Assembly: GCA_965197745.1 (NCBI GenBank)
Contig: CBDANS010000004.1
Span: 1-64,000 of the forward strand
From: Opitutales bacterium
GTDB lineage: Bacteria; Verrucomicrobiota; Verrucomicrobiia; Opitutales; PNEW01
Direction: 5' to 3'
Length of the DNA stretch: 64,000 nt
This document shows positions 10,149-19,757 of the stretch, in pieces. Under the pieces are notes generated by a model. It ran no database searches. It saw only the letters and a program-made list of their open reading frames with translations, and had not been told where the DNA came from. How positions within the stretch are numbered: position 1 is the first letter of the stretch; every line of letters begins with the position of its first letter. A program made the translations under genes and the position numbers.

Positions 10149-12743
10149 ATGAAGCGTTTATCGATCATTCTATTCAGTATTGCCATCGCTCTGAATATCA
10201 CCGGGTGTGAAAAAAAAGAGGAATCGGCAGAAGAAGCCATCACCTGGGAAGAGCTTTCCGAACTTCCCAATACAATGGGTATGAGTGGCGCTTTCTCCGG
10301 TGTCAGTAATGGTGCGCTGATCGTTGCCGGGGGTACTAACCTTCTCGATAAACCGGAGAATAAAGGCGGAAAAGAAACCTGGTATGATAAAATCTATGTT
10401 TTACCTGGAGATCAATCTGAGGAATGGATCACCGGGCACACAATAAATCAGCCGCTGGCTTATGGCGCATCGGTGAGCACGGGTAAAAGCCTGATCTTAC
10501 TTGGAGGAAAAAATGTAGAGGGTTATCAAAGTGAGGTCCTTCAACTTACATGGAATCCAGTAACGAAGATGGTTGCGAAGGAAAACCTACCGTCGCTACC
10601 ACAAGCAATCGCGTATTCCGGTGCGGCATTAAAAGGTTCGACCTTATATGTCGTGGGCGGACAGGTCGGAGATGAGAAGTCAGAGCTATCAAACATTTTC
10701 CTGTCCCTAAATTTAAAAGACCTGGAAACGGGGTGGAAAGAACTGTCGACCTGGGATGGACCAGCTCGGAGAAAAGCGATAATCGTCGCGCAAAGTATCG
10801 GCAATATTACTTATATATATATCGTTGGAGGTGAAGGTTTGTATAAAGATACGGAAGGTAAATTTCAAGCCACGCCGCTAACCGACGGCTATCGCTACTC
10901 CCTCCAATATAAAGATTGGAAACGCATAGCCGATAGCCCCCAATTGATTACGGCGACTCCTGCAGTCCAATACGGTCAATCCCATATTCTCGTCTTTGGT
11001 GGATCTACGGAACAGAAATTAAGCGGCGTGATAGAAGACAAACAACCGGGGTCCACGGGCGATCTTCTTGTCTATCACACGATCACTGATACCTGGGTAA
11101 TAAAAGGTAAAGTTCCATTGAAGGTGAAAGCAACGGAAGCGGTTACTTATAAGGGGGGAATTGTCCTGGCCAGTGGGAAGATCAGCCCGATCGAAACGAC
11201 ACCAAAGATTCAGTTCATGAATCATGACAAAGGAGCGAAGGTAAAATTCGGATTTATTAACTACACGTTTCTCATCCTTTATATGGTGATTATGATTTAT
11301 ATTGGCATCTATTTCTCCAAGCGAGAAAAAGGAACAGAAGATTACTTTCTAGCCGGTAGACGCATACCCTGGTGGGCCGCAGGAATTAGTATCCTGGGAA
11401 CCGGTCTCAGCGCCTTGACCTATATTTCTCATCCCGCGCTGGCTTATTCCATGGACTGGTTTGCCTTCCCGGCAAAGATCGGGCTTATCATTGTTCCTAC
11501 GGTTACGATATTCTGTTTTTTACCTTTCTATAGAAGACTTAATGTTACGACGGCTTACGAATACCTGGAAAAGCGTTTTAATCTACCGGTCCGCTTGTAT
11601 GGCAGTGCTCAATTTATCGTTTTTCAATTGGTACGCATAAGCCTCATACTCTATCTACCCGCGATTGTATTATCCACAATTACGGGGATAAACATTTATG
11701 TATGCGTATTGTCGATGGGGTTGCTCAGTACGTTTTACACGGTGCTGGGGGGTATTGAAGCGGTAATTTGGTCAGATGTTATTCAAGTCGTTATATTCTT
11801 TGCTGGAATTATCCTCGCCATCATCATTGTTACTTTCCATGTCGATGGCGGGGTAATGGGCGTCATTGATATCGGAATGGCTGACGATAAATATAGAATG
11901 CTTTATCTGGATTGGGATATAACCGCGCCCGTATTATGGGTGGTAATGGTGGGGGGCACATTTGGGACCCTGGTGCAGTATTCCGCCGATCAGGGGATGA
12001 TCCAGCGCTACCTTACGACCAAGGATGAAAAAGCGGCGGCGAAAGGTTTATGGTTAAACGTAATTATTGCTATTCCTGTGGGGCTATTATTTTACATCAT
12101 GGGTGCAGCACTCTACGCCTATTACAAATCAAACCCGGCTGATCTCAGTTTGGGGATGCAGAATGATGCTATCTATCCACTTTTCACGGCACAGAGAATA
12201 CCCGTTGGTCTCGCCGGATTTGTCATTGCGGCCATCTTTTCCGCCGCAATGTCGAGTTTGGACAGCAGCATGAATTCGATAGCGACCGCCTTCGTCACCG
12301 ATTTTTACCGAAGATTCAAACCCGATAAGAGTGAACACCAATATTTAAATTTAGCCCGTTGGGTTACTTTGTTTATAGGACTTTTTGGAACCGCTTTTGC
12401 CCTCGTCCTCGTAACCTACGACATCAAGTCGGTAACCTTGTTTAATGTCGCCATAATCGGATTATTAAGTAGCGGTCTCGCTGCTTTGTTTGCCCTGGGT
12501 GTCTTTACCCGTCGCGCCAATGGGATAGGTGTTTTAATCGGCGCGATAACCAGTGCGATCGTCCTTTATTTTATTAAATTTTATACCCCGATGAATTTTT
12601 ACTTTTATGCCTTTCCCGGTTTTGTGATCTGTTTTGTCGTGGGATACTTTGCCAGTCTGATTATACCCGTGAAAGATAAATCCCTTGAGGGGCTTACTCT
12701 GTATTCCGTCTTAGGGAGAGATGATGAGGGAAGTGAAGAGTGA
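10149..12743 (+). CDS. Kelch (NanM-like) domain fused to a sodium:solute symporter (SiaT-like), with lipobox
   Basis: LNITGC lipobox; Kelch GG/W repeats; SSS motifs DYFLAGR, TAYEYLEKRF, GGIEAVIWSD, AAMSSLDS. Confidence 0.9.
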   Translation: MKRLSIILFSIAIALNITGCEKKEESAEEAITWEELSELPNTMGMSGAFSGVSNGALIVAGGTNLLDKPENKGGKETWYDKIYVLPGDQSEEWITGHTINQPLAYGASVSTGKSLILLGGKNVEGYQSEVLQLTWNPVTKMVAKENLPSLPQAIAYSGAALKGSTLYVVGGQVGDEKSELSNIFLSLNLKDLETGWKELSTWDGPARRKAIIVAQSIGNITYIYIVGGEGLYKDTEGKFQATPLTDGYRYSLQYKDWKRIADSPQLITATPAVQYGQSHILVFGGSTEQKLSGVIEDKQPGSTGDLLVYHTITDTWVIKGKVPLKVKATEAVTYKGGIVLASGKISPIETTPKIQFMNHDKGAKVKFGFINYTFLILYMVIMIYIGIYFSKREKGTEDYFLAGRRIPWWAAGISILGTGLSALTYISHPALAYSMDWFAFPAKIGLIIVPTVTIFCFLPFYRRLNVTTAYEYLEKRFNLPVRLYGSAQFIVFQLVRISLILYLPAIVLSTITGINIYVCVLSMGLLSTFYTVLGGIEAVIWSDVIQVVIFFAGIILAIIIVTFHVDGGVMGVIDIGMADDKYRMLYLDWDITAPVLWVVMVGGTFGTLVQYSADQGMIQRYLTTKDEKAAAKGLWLNVIIAIPVGLLFYIMGAALYAYYKSNPADLSLGMQNDAIYPLFTAQRIPVGLAGFVIAAIFSAAMSSLDSSMNSIATAFVTDFYRRFKPDKSEHQYLNLARWVTLFIGLFGTAFALVLVTYDIKSVTLFNVAIIGLLSSGLAALFALGVFTRRANGIGVLIGAITSAIVLYFIKFYTPMNFYFYAFPGFVICFVVGYFASLIIPVKDKSLEGLTLYSVLGRDDEGSEE

Positions 12744-13119
12744 ACAGCCGCCGTCGCTCCGCTATGGCGTGCCATGGTGAACAGTGAAGAGTGAAGAAAG
12801 GATGCATAATATCCAATGATAGTAACAAGGTCGACTTTCCCAATCCTTGAGGGTGGTTTGTAATATCAATATGAAATAAAGCTTCGTCTTCGTCTGGGTC
12901 CACGTCTGCGTCCACTCATTTATTTACTAATACATGTAGGTGGAGCGGGCTGTCCCTAGCACGCTTCTTTTTAATAAACAGAATTTACTCTTAACGCGCT
13001 AGGGACAGCGCGTTCCACCTTGATAGTTAATATATATATCCTGAGACGAAGACGAAGAGGAAATCGAAGAATATGCCTATGATCCTATAACGGTAAACAT
13101 GCTCTTTATTCTACCACGG

Positions 13120-15037
13120 CTACGGCATTAAAGCGGTAATGGCATTTACGATGGCAAGATAGCGCGGTTCCTCAGCGTCGTTGGCGAGCATACTGGGTTC
13201 ATAGACATTAAACTGGTTATGTTTCCCGCCTCGCTCGACGATAATCTCATAATTGAAACCATCGGCAACCGTTGATAACAGTTCAACATTTGAAGGTATT
13301 GTAAATACATCATTCATTTCGAGGTCTTGCCAGAGCTGGTCCAAGTCGTTCGCGGCGATCTCAAATTCTGATCGTTCACCGGTGAACCCTTCCACGAATA
13401 CATAAATTATTGATCCGTCAACTTCCCTGATAGGTGTCAATTCTGAGATACCCGCAATGCCGCCAGTTTTATGCATGACAATACTTCCGACAATTATGTT
13501 CTCTTCGACCGTGACGGTAATTGTTTCTCCATCTTCATTAATAAAAGCAGTGTTGATCCCTTGCGATGGTTGATCCGTTCCATCTGACTTTACATTATCC
13601 TGTGTTATCAGTGTCTCAAACCCGGGGGTCGTCGATCCACTCGGTGCTACGACAATTGAAGCCCCGTTGGTTTGTTGAAGATCGCCTCCAGTGATTCGCA
13701 ACCCGGGGGAATTTGCAGGTACCGTGAATGAGTTTTCTCCAAATAAGAGGTGCGGCAGTGCATCACCACTGGCATCAATGTTGCCTACGGTTAAGCGTAC
13801 TGCGATCGGGACTCCCCGGGTTTCAACACCGATGTTGCCGGTGCCCCCACTGAATAGAGTGTTCGATAATTGCATCCCTCCCATTCCCGTGGAATTGATC
13901 ACTTCCACCAGGGGTGCGTCCGCTTCGGCATCATAGGCTTGTCCTTCGGGGAACAAAGCCTGGTTCACAGCATTGATCGATCCCACCGTGAAGATACTGA
14001 AGAAAGTACTGGAGTCTGCTCCATCGATAATCACGCTCGGGGTACCCGTCACGTACTCGACTAGCTGGTTATAACGCGGGGGCAGTGCCGGGGGTATGAA
14101 GGTGGCAGGGTCCAGGGTTACGGTAAAGGTGCCAGCACCCGAAAACTCCACCCGTACAATGTCCTCGTCTTCGTCCATGAAGGATACTCTAGTGACCTGA
14201 TTTGATTTCGCCTGGAGCTTGATACTTTCACCGGTGAGCAGGACCTGGTCGAAGATATTACCATTCGGATGAATTATGTTTTCTCCGACAACAGTACCTG
14301 TACCTTCGAGGATCAGATCCTTGCTATCCCTGGAATATTGGATCGAAAGTATCGGTCGGTTTTCCGCGGTAACACTTTCTTTGCTGTCAAATTGAGTCGA
14401 CGATCCCGTAATTGATTCATCGACTATAAGAATCCATCCAAAATTCTGTTCAGGGTTATCCAACCAATTTTGGACATCCGCAATCATCACGGGTGAACTC
14501 CAGGTAATAAAGCTCGTCTCTGATAAAATTTGGGTTGCCGATGGAGTGATAACGAAATCCCCCCCCTGGGGCTTCCCAACTTTCTGTGTCGAAAAATTTA
14601 AAATTCCAGGTGGCGTCTCCAGGGGTCGGCACGTCCCCCCGGCCGGCGCCCTGTGAATTTCCCTCCCCCCAATCCTGATTAAGGCGATGTAAGAAAGTGT
14701 CTACCGGGCTGTCAGTGGTTGGAGCACCACGCTTATTGGCAAACAAAGTAAGAGAAATAGATTCAACGACGGTGTTCGTGGGTATACTATCCGTGAGGTC
14801 AAATTTTATTAATGCGCGACGAATACCCGACCCCATTTGGCCCTGGGTCCTCCCGGCAAAAAGATCTATTCCCTGGCCGTTACTGTTGTCACTTTCCGCA
14901 TAAATCGAATTATCTTTAACAGTTCCCAAGGTAACAGTCACGGATTCGATCGCTTGAGTACAATACGATGCTAAATTCGTGCCGTATCTTGTTAATATCA
15001 AACAAATAAACAATATACGCCATTCTTGACATTCCAC
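13120..15037 (-). pseudogene. DNRLRE-like domain + shared ~270-aa domain + C-terminal module; split by a +1 frameshift in G8; 5' end uncertain
   Basis: ORFs 14456-15037 and 13120-14490 join if G8 (14559-14566) is G7: WEAPGGDFVITPSAT...WSSPVMIADVQNWLDNP. Confidence 0.8.
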
Positions 15038-15060
15038 GTTATTGTAATTTTAATTGTAAT

Positions 15061-16212
15061 ATGGCTTCTTTGAGAAAGGTTCCTAACTCTAAATATTGGA
15101 TTGCCTGTTATACGGATCACACTGGTAAGCAGAGGCAGAAAAGCACGAAAGAAACGGATCGACGCCGGGCGCAGAAGATAGCGGATAAACTCGAATCAGC
15201 ATATCAGCAAACATTGACTGAGGCCCAAGTAAGAAAATTGCTTTCTGAAGCCTATGAAGAAATCCATGGCGACCGTCTTTTGTCTGCATCAGCAGAAGAT
15301 TTTTTTTCACAGTGGCTTAAAAGAAAAGAAGTAGAGACTGCACCTGCGACCTGGCATCGCTACCAAAGCGTTATAAAAAGATTCATAAATGCTATTGGCG
15401 AAAAGCGGGGTAAAGATCTCGTTTTTATTACGGGTAATGATTTGACCCATCACCGTGATAATCTTGCAAGAGAATTAAGTATATCCAGTGCCAATACACA
15501 GCTAAAAATTTTAAGGTCCGCGTTCCAGGACGCATTGCGAGGTGGTTTAGTTGAATCCAATCCCGCGGCTTTGGTTCCGGTGATCAAACGCAAGGGTGGT
15601 ACTGCAAACGAGAGGCGAGCTTTCACCTTACCAGAGCTAAAAAAGGTTCTCGAAGTTGCCAACGATGAATGGCAAGGCATAATTCTTACTGCTCTTTATA
15701 CCGGGCAAAGACTTGGTGATATTGTGCGCTTAACATGGAACTCCGTGGATGTTCGTCGCGAAGAAATAGCGCTCACCACTGTTAAGACAGGTCGGCGCAT
15801 TATTCTGCCCATGGCTAAACCTTTATTGGATTATTTTTTAACGCTACCTTCCCAAGACAATCTGGACAGCCCGGTATTTCCAAGTGCTTTTGCAATTACG
15901 TATAAACAAGGACGCACTGGATCATTATCAAATCAATTTTATTCCATTCTTGTAAGTGCGGGGCTTGCTCCTCCCAGGACGCACAATGCCTCGAGAAATG
16001 GACGAAGCGGAAAGCGCAAGGGCAATGCTCTATCATTCCATTGCTTAAGGCACACCGCTACAAGCTTGTTAAAGAATGCCGGTGTTTCCGAGGCAGTAGC
16101 GATGGACATCATTGGCCATGATTCTAAAGCGGTGAGCGCAAATTATACACATATAGAAGTCGCAGCTAAAAGGAAAGCGGTGAACGCTCTTCCGGATATT
16201 ACAAGTCGTTAA
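15061..16212 (+). CDS. Tyrosine recombinase/integrase
   Basis: TGQRLGD (R), HCLRHT (HxxR), IIGH and NYTH (Y) catalytic motifs. Confidence 0.95.
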   Translation: MASLRKVPNSKYWIACYTDHTGKQRQKSTKETDRRRAQKIADKLESAYQQTLTEAQVRKLLSEAYEEIHGDRLLSASAEDFFSQWLKRKEVETAPATWHRYQSVIKRFINAIGEKRGKDLVFITGNDLTHHRDNLARELSISSANTQLKILRSAFQDALRGGLVESNPAALVPVIKRKGGTANERRAFTLPELKKVLEVANDEWQGIILTALYTGQRLGDIVRLTWNSVDVRREEIALTTVKTGRRIILPMAKPLLDYFLTLPSQDNLDSPVFPSAFAITYKQGRTGSLSNQFYSILVSAGLAPPRTHNASRNGRSGKRKGNALSFHCLRHTATSLLKNAGVSEAVAMDIIGHDSKAVSANYTHIEVAAKRKAVNALPDITSR

Positions 16213-16223
16213 AGTAAATTTAC

Positions 16224-17435
16224 ATGCAAAACAAGAATGATACCCCAGGGAAAGCTATTTCAGCTTATCAGTTTAAATCTAAAAAAACGGGCAAACCATT
16301 CTTGGCTATTGAAGTAAAATGGGGACCACTAGAGCTAAAAGTACCAATATTAAGAAAAGGTGAAATCCCCTTACCCGTTCCTGAGCTAGGGGCGGTACTT
16401 CACGGTTTTCAATTTACCAATACTTCTTTGAAAATAGAAAAGCTGAATAATCCTGAGAATTTTAACGAAGTTATCTGTCCCTACCGTGTAAATGAAATTA
16501 CCTATACAGATAACGAAACATATTGCAGAAGAAGCTTTTACATCGAAGGTGGAAAACAAAATGCTGAATATTTTAAGGTAATATTAAAAAACTTAGTAGA
16601 AGATCATGCTGTTGATGGACTTGTGAGTAATAAATTTCAACAGCTATTACGACGAAAGATAAGAATTAAAGATAAAGACAAAGTCCAAAATATCATAAGA
16701 AAGTTTTACAAAAACCGGCAAAAATTTTGCAACCAATTTGATGGAGTAACATCATTACCAAAATATGTTTATGTAGAATTGAAGGAAGAATACCTTAAGG
16801 AACAACAAAAGTTGCTAAGGCAATATTTCCCCGATTTTAAACCCAAGGATTATGATACTATTATAGAGTCCATGGATGAGGATGATGAACACGAAAAACC
16901 AGAAATCTTAATTACTGAAAAGACTTTGGGGGATGGTACCCCTATTACCATTGAATCTAGACCAGTTGACCATCACTGCAATCGAAAAGAAGTGGCCACA
17001 GCTTTACAGCGTAAGGAATATCCTAATCTGTACAATGCCCTTGACGGTCTAAGTAGAGCAAAAGATGAAACTGAAAAAAAGAAATGGGCAGAAAAAGCGC
17101 GTCGGGGACTTATCGTAGATTTTAAAAAAAATACTGGTGTTCAACTCGATGCAGAAGGCGCGAGAGAACTTTTAAAAGATGAAACTTTCATTAGAATGCT
17201 TAACGAGGTCAATGAAAAGCCAGGTAGGAAGCAAAATAATGTGAACTGGGAATTAATTCTAAACTGGATAAAAAAAGAATACTTTAAAATGAATGAAAAG
17301 CAATTGGCAGCGGCGATCTTTAAAGCTACAGGAGTAAAATTAAAAGGAAAAACGATTTCAAGGCGTGCACGTAAACTTGGTTTAGAAACCGCATTAAAAA
17401 GAGGGCGGCCTGAAAAAAAAGAGGAACAATTTTAA
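16224..17435 (+). CDS. Hypothetical protein, possible C-terminal HTH
   Basis: 403-aa Lys-rich ORF directly after the integrase; ends ...QLAAAIF...TISRRARKLGL...KRGRP. Confidence 0.7.
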   Translation: MQNKNDTPGKAISAYQFKSKKTGKPFLAIEVKWGPLELKVPILRKGEIPLPVPELGAVLHGFQFTNTSLKIEKLNNPENFNEVICPYRVNEITYTDNETYCRRSFYIEGGKQNAEYFKVILKNLVEDHAVDGLVSNKFQQLLRRKIRIKDKDKVQNIIRKFYKNRQKFCNQFDGVTSLPKYVYVELKEEYLKEQQKLLRQYFPDFKPKDYDTIIESMDEDDEHEKPEILITEKTLGDGTPITIESRPVDHHCNRKEVATALQRKEYPNLYNALDGLSRAKDETEKKKWAEKARRGLIVDFKKNTGVQLDAEGARELLKDETFIRMLNEVNEKPGRKQNNVNWELILNWIKKEYFKMNEKQLAAAIFKATGVKLKGKTISRRARKLGLETALKRGRPEKKEEQF

Positions 17436-17469
17436 TTCGGCCAGAGGTAAAAAAACCTTGGCCGAATTA
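17433..17469. promoter_or_regulatory. Inverted repeat (operator or terminator)
   Basis: TAATTCGGCCA-GAGGTAAAAAAACCT-TGGCCGAATTA, perfect 11-bp arms. Confidence 0.6.
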
Positions 17470-17497
17470 CCCAACATAATGACGCAGATCATCTATA

Positions 17498-17860
17498 GTG
17501 GTCTGCGAAATGAAAACCTTAGAAAAAACTCCGACTAACGGCGGAAAAAAGACCGTTAAAGAAGAGGCGGTAGCTATGACCGAGACTGCCTCGAATAATC
17601 GCCCTGAATGGATTCGGTTACCACAACCGAGTCGTCGTTGTCCTCACACTGGACTTTCACGGTCCACGTTAAACGAGCTAACGATACCCGGCCCAGCCAA
17701 TGACAATCGACCACCCGTAAAAAGTGTCGTTCTCAAAAAACGCGGTGCCATGCGGGGTATTCGGTTGATCAGCTATGACAGCTTGATGGCCTACTTAGAA
17801 TCCCTCTCGGATAAAAATAATGTGCCCTCATCTAAGAAGAAAAAGGGGGGATATCAATGA
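17498..17860 (+). CDS. Excisionase-like small DNA-binding protein
   Basis: WIRLP...CPHTGLSRSTLNEL...RGIRLISYDSLMAYL; lies between integrase and primase. Confidence 0.6.
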   Translation: MVCEMKTLEKTPTNGGKKTVKEEAVAMTETASNNRPEWIRLPQPSRRCPHTGLSRSTLNELTIPGPANDNRPPVKSVVLKKRGAMRGIRLISYDSLMAYLESLSDKNNVPSSKKKKGGYQ

Positions 17861-18468
17861 ATGATACATGCCGACGAAAAAGCCCTCCCGCTGGCAGGCG
17901 AAAAGGGCATAAATCAACTAAAACTAAAAAAAGTAATATCACAAAAATAACACCTGTCAAGGTTCAGGAAATATATTATTTATTGAGGTCAGAAGCGGTA
18001 CTATTGCCTGTTCCATATAAGAAAAAAGGGTGTCGCAAATCCGAGTGGCAGAAAACATCATCGAAAGATACGCAGACTACGGGATGGCAACGTGAACTTA
18101 ACAAGGGGAATATTGCGGTTCTTACTGGTCAACCATCAAACGGTGTCGTAGCCATAGACTTTGACAGTGATGAGAGCCTCAAGGAATTCCTTGCCCTTAA
18201 TCCTGATTTAACCGAAAGCACGCGAACAAAAGGTAAGCGCGGTGCCGTTATATGGATACGAGTCAAGGGTGATTATCCTGATCTTCGCATCTTTAAAATA
18301 GAAGACAATATTTTCGCGGAATGGAAGTCGACGGGAGGGCAGCAGAATATAAGTGGCATCCACCCCGAAGGGATTCCATATCGTTTCCATGTTATAAGCG
18401 ATTTAAGTAGATATCTGTTTAATAAAACAAACCACACTAAAAATCTAAGCAGTTTATATAGTAAATAA
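17857..18468 (+). CDS. Bifunctional primase/polymerase N-terminal domain, probably truncated
   Basis: GNIAVLTG...VAIDFD...T.GKRG...GIHPEGIPYRF; no helicase domain follows. Confidence 0.8.
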   Translation: MNDTCRRKSPPAGRRKGHKSTKTKKSNITKITPVKVQEIYYLLRSEAVLLPVPYKKKGCRKSEWQKTSSKDTQTTGWQRELNKGNIAVLTGQPSNGVVAIDFDSDESLKEFLALNPDLTESTRTKGKRGAVIWIRVKGDYPDLRIFKIEDNIFAEWKSTGGQQNISGIHPEGIPYRFHVISDLSRYLFNKTNHTKNLSSLYSK

Positions 18469-18564
18469 AGATAATAAATATGGGACTAAGCTGACGGGAC
18501 GAAAAGTTACGTCTCCCGATCTGCATTTCCCAAATCTTTAAATCGGGAGTTACCTGCACGAGAA

Positions 18565-19290
18565 ATGAATAAAAAGAGCAATCATAAAGTTGCTTCAGCA
18601 AAGGAAAGGATTAGGAAAAGGGACCCAGAGCTATTTGAACCGGGTGCTGATAAGACAGGTATTGCCAGTGACTACATAAGTGACAATAGGAGCCTAAAAC
18701 GACGTCAGCGGGTGGTTATTTACTGCCGGGTTTCCGGGCATGTTCAAGAACGTTCCCAAAACCTCAGCGATCAGGGTGAGAATTTAAAGAATGAGTTAAA
18801 GCAGCGGGGATTTGTAGTTCTTGAGATAATATCAGAAGTAGCTTCTGGCTGGAAGGAAGACCGTGATGGCCTTTTGCGTGCCGTAGAAATTGCTCACGAA
18901 AACGATGCCGTTGTAGTTGCAGAGTCTGTTACACGATTTATCCGTAGCAGGGATTACAACAGTAAGACAAACCGGAATGCGTTACCCACCGTTGCAGAGT
19001 ATCGACGTTTACAACGTGATACGCAGGGTGTGAAACTTGCGACATTAGTTGCTCCTGATGCCACACCAGAAGAGATAAGATCTTATGAGACTAAGCGAGG
19101 TAAGAAATCAAAAGGCAATCCAGGTGGTCGTCCTAAGAAACGTGATCCTGGATACAAAAAAAGGGAAAGACAGATGTATTTGCCAATAGTCTTAGAACGG
19201 TATAAACAGAACAAGAATATTGCAGCCATTGCTAGGAGTGTGAATTTAAAATACGACACTGTGTATAGCTGGATTGTGAAATTTTCTTAA
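18565..19290 (+). CDS. Serine recombinase (resolvase family)
   Basis: YCRVS, EVASG, ESVTRFIRS and a C-terminal HTH. Confidence 0.85.
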   Translation: MNKKSNHKVASAKERIRKRDPELFEPGADKTGIASDYISDNRSLKRRQRVVIYCRVSGHVQERSQNLSDQGENLKNELKQRGFVVLEIISEVASGWKEDRDGLLRAVEIAHENDAVVVAESVTRFIRSRDYNSKTNRNALPTVAEYRRLQRDTQGVKLATLVAPDATPEEIRSYETKRGKKSKGNPGGRPKKRDPGYKKRERQMYLPIVLERYKQNKNIAAIARSVNLKYDTVYSWIVKFS

Positions 19291-19445
19291 ATCTTTATTT
19301 TTTATGTCCGTTAAGATATTTAATATTTTTATCATGTTGGGTTCTAAATGGATGCATTACTATGTTAGCTGCTATAATTTGAAAGAAAGCGTTATATGCA
19401 GAGTACTTATATATAATGTATAGTAGTGTGTAAGTTAGATGTAAT

Positions 19446-19757
19446 AGTTTTTTGGATAGATTAAGTATGATGTTGGATCCGATAAATGATGTATTGGTGA
19501 AAAGGATTAAAGGTATACATCAAATGGTGAATGCTGCAGTTTTTTGAATAGATTAAATATGATGTTAGATTCGATAAGTGATGTAGATAAAGATGATGTA
19601 TTGGTGAAAAGGATTAAAGGTATACATCAAATGGTGGACGTTGCAGTTTTTTGGATAGATTAAATATGATGTTAGATTCGATAAGTGATGTAGATAAAGA
19701 TGATGTATTGGTGAAAAGGATTATAATTGAAAAGGATTAAAGCTATACATCAAATGG
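19446..19757. repeat. Three tandem imperfect repeats (units start 19446, 19538, 19645)
   Basis: AGTTTTTTG.ATAGATTAA.TATGATGTT...GTATTGGTGAAAAGGATTAAAG.TATACATCAAATGG three times. Confidence 0.9.

Noticed and set aside
14948..14977. dif-like site (…GATGCTAAAT) next to the integrase
   Set aside because: Only a partial XerD-arm resemblance, with no convincing XerC arm.
19446..19757. CRISPR array
   Set aside because: Units repeat along their whole length with no unique spacers, and no cas genes are present.
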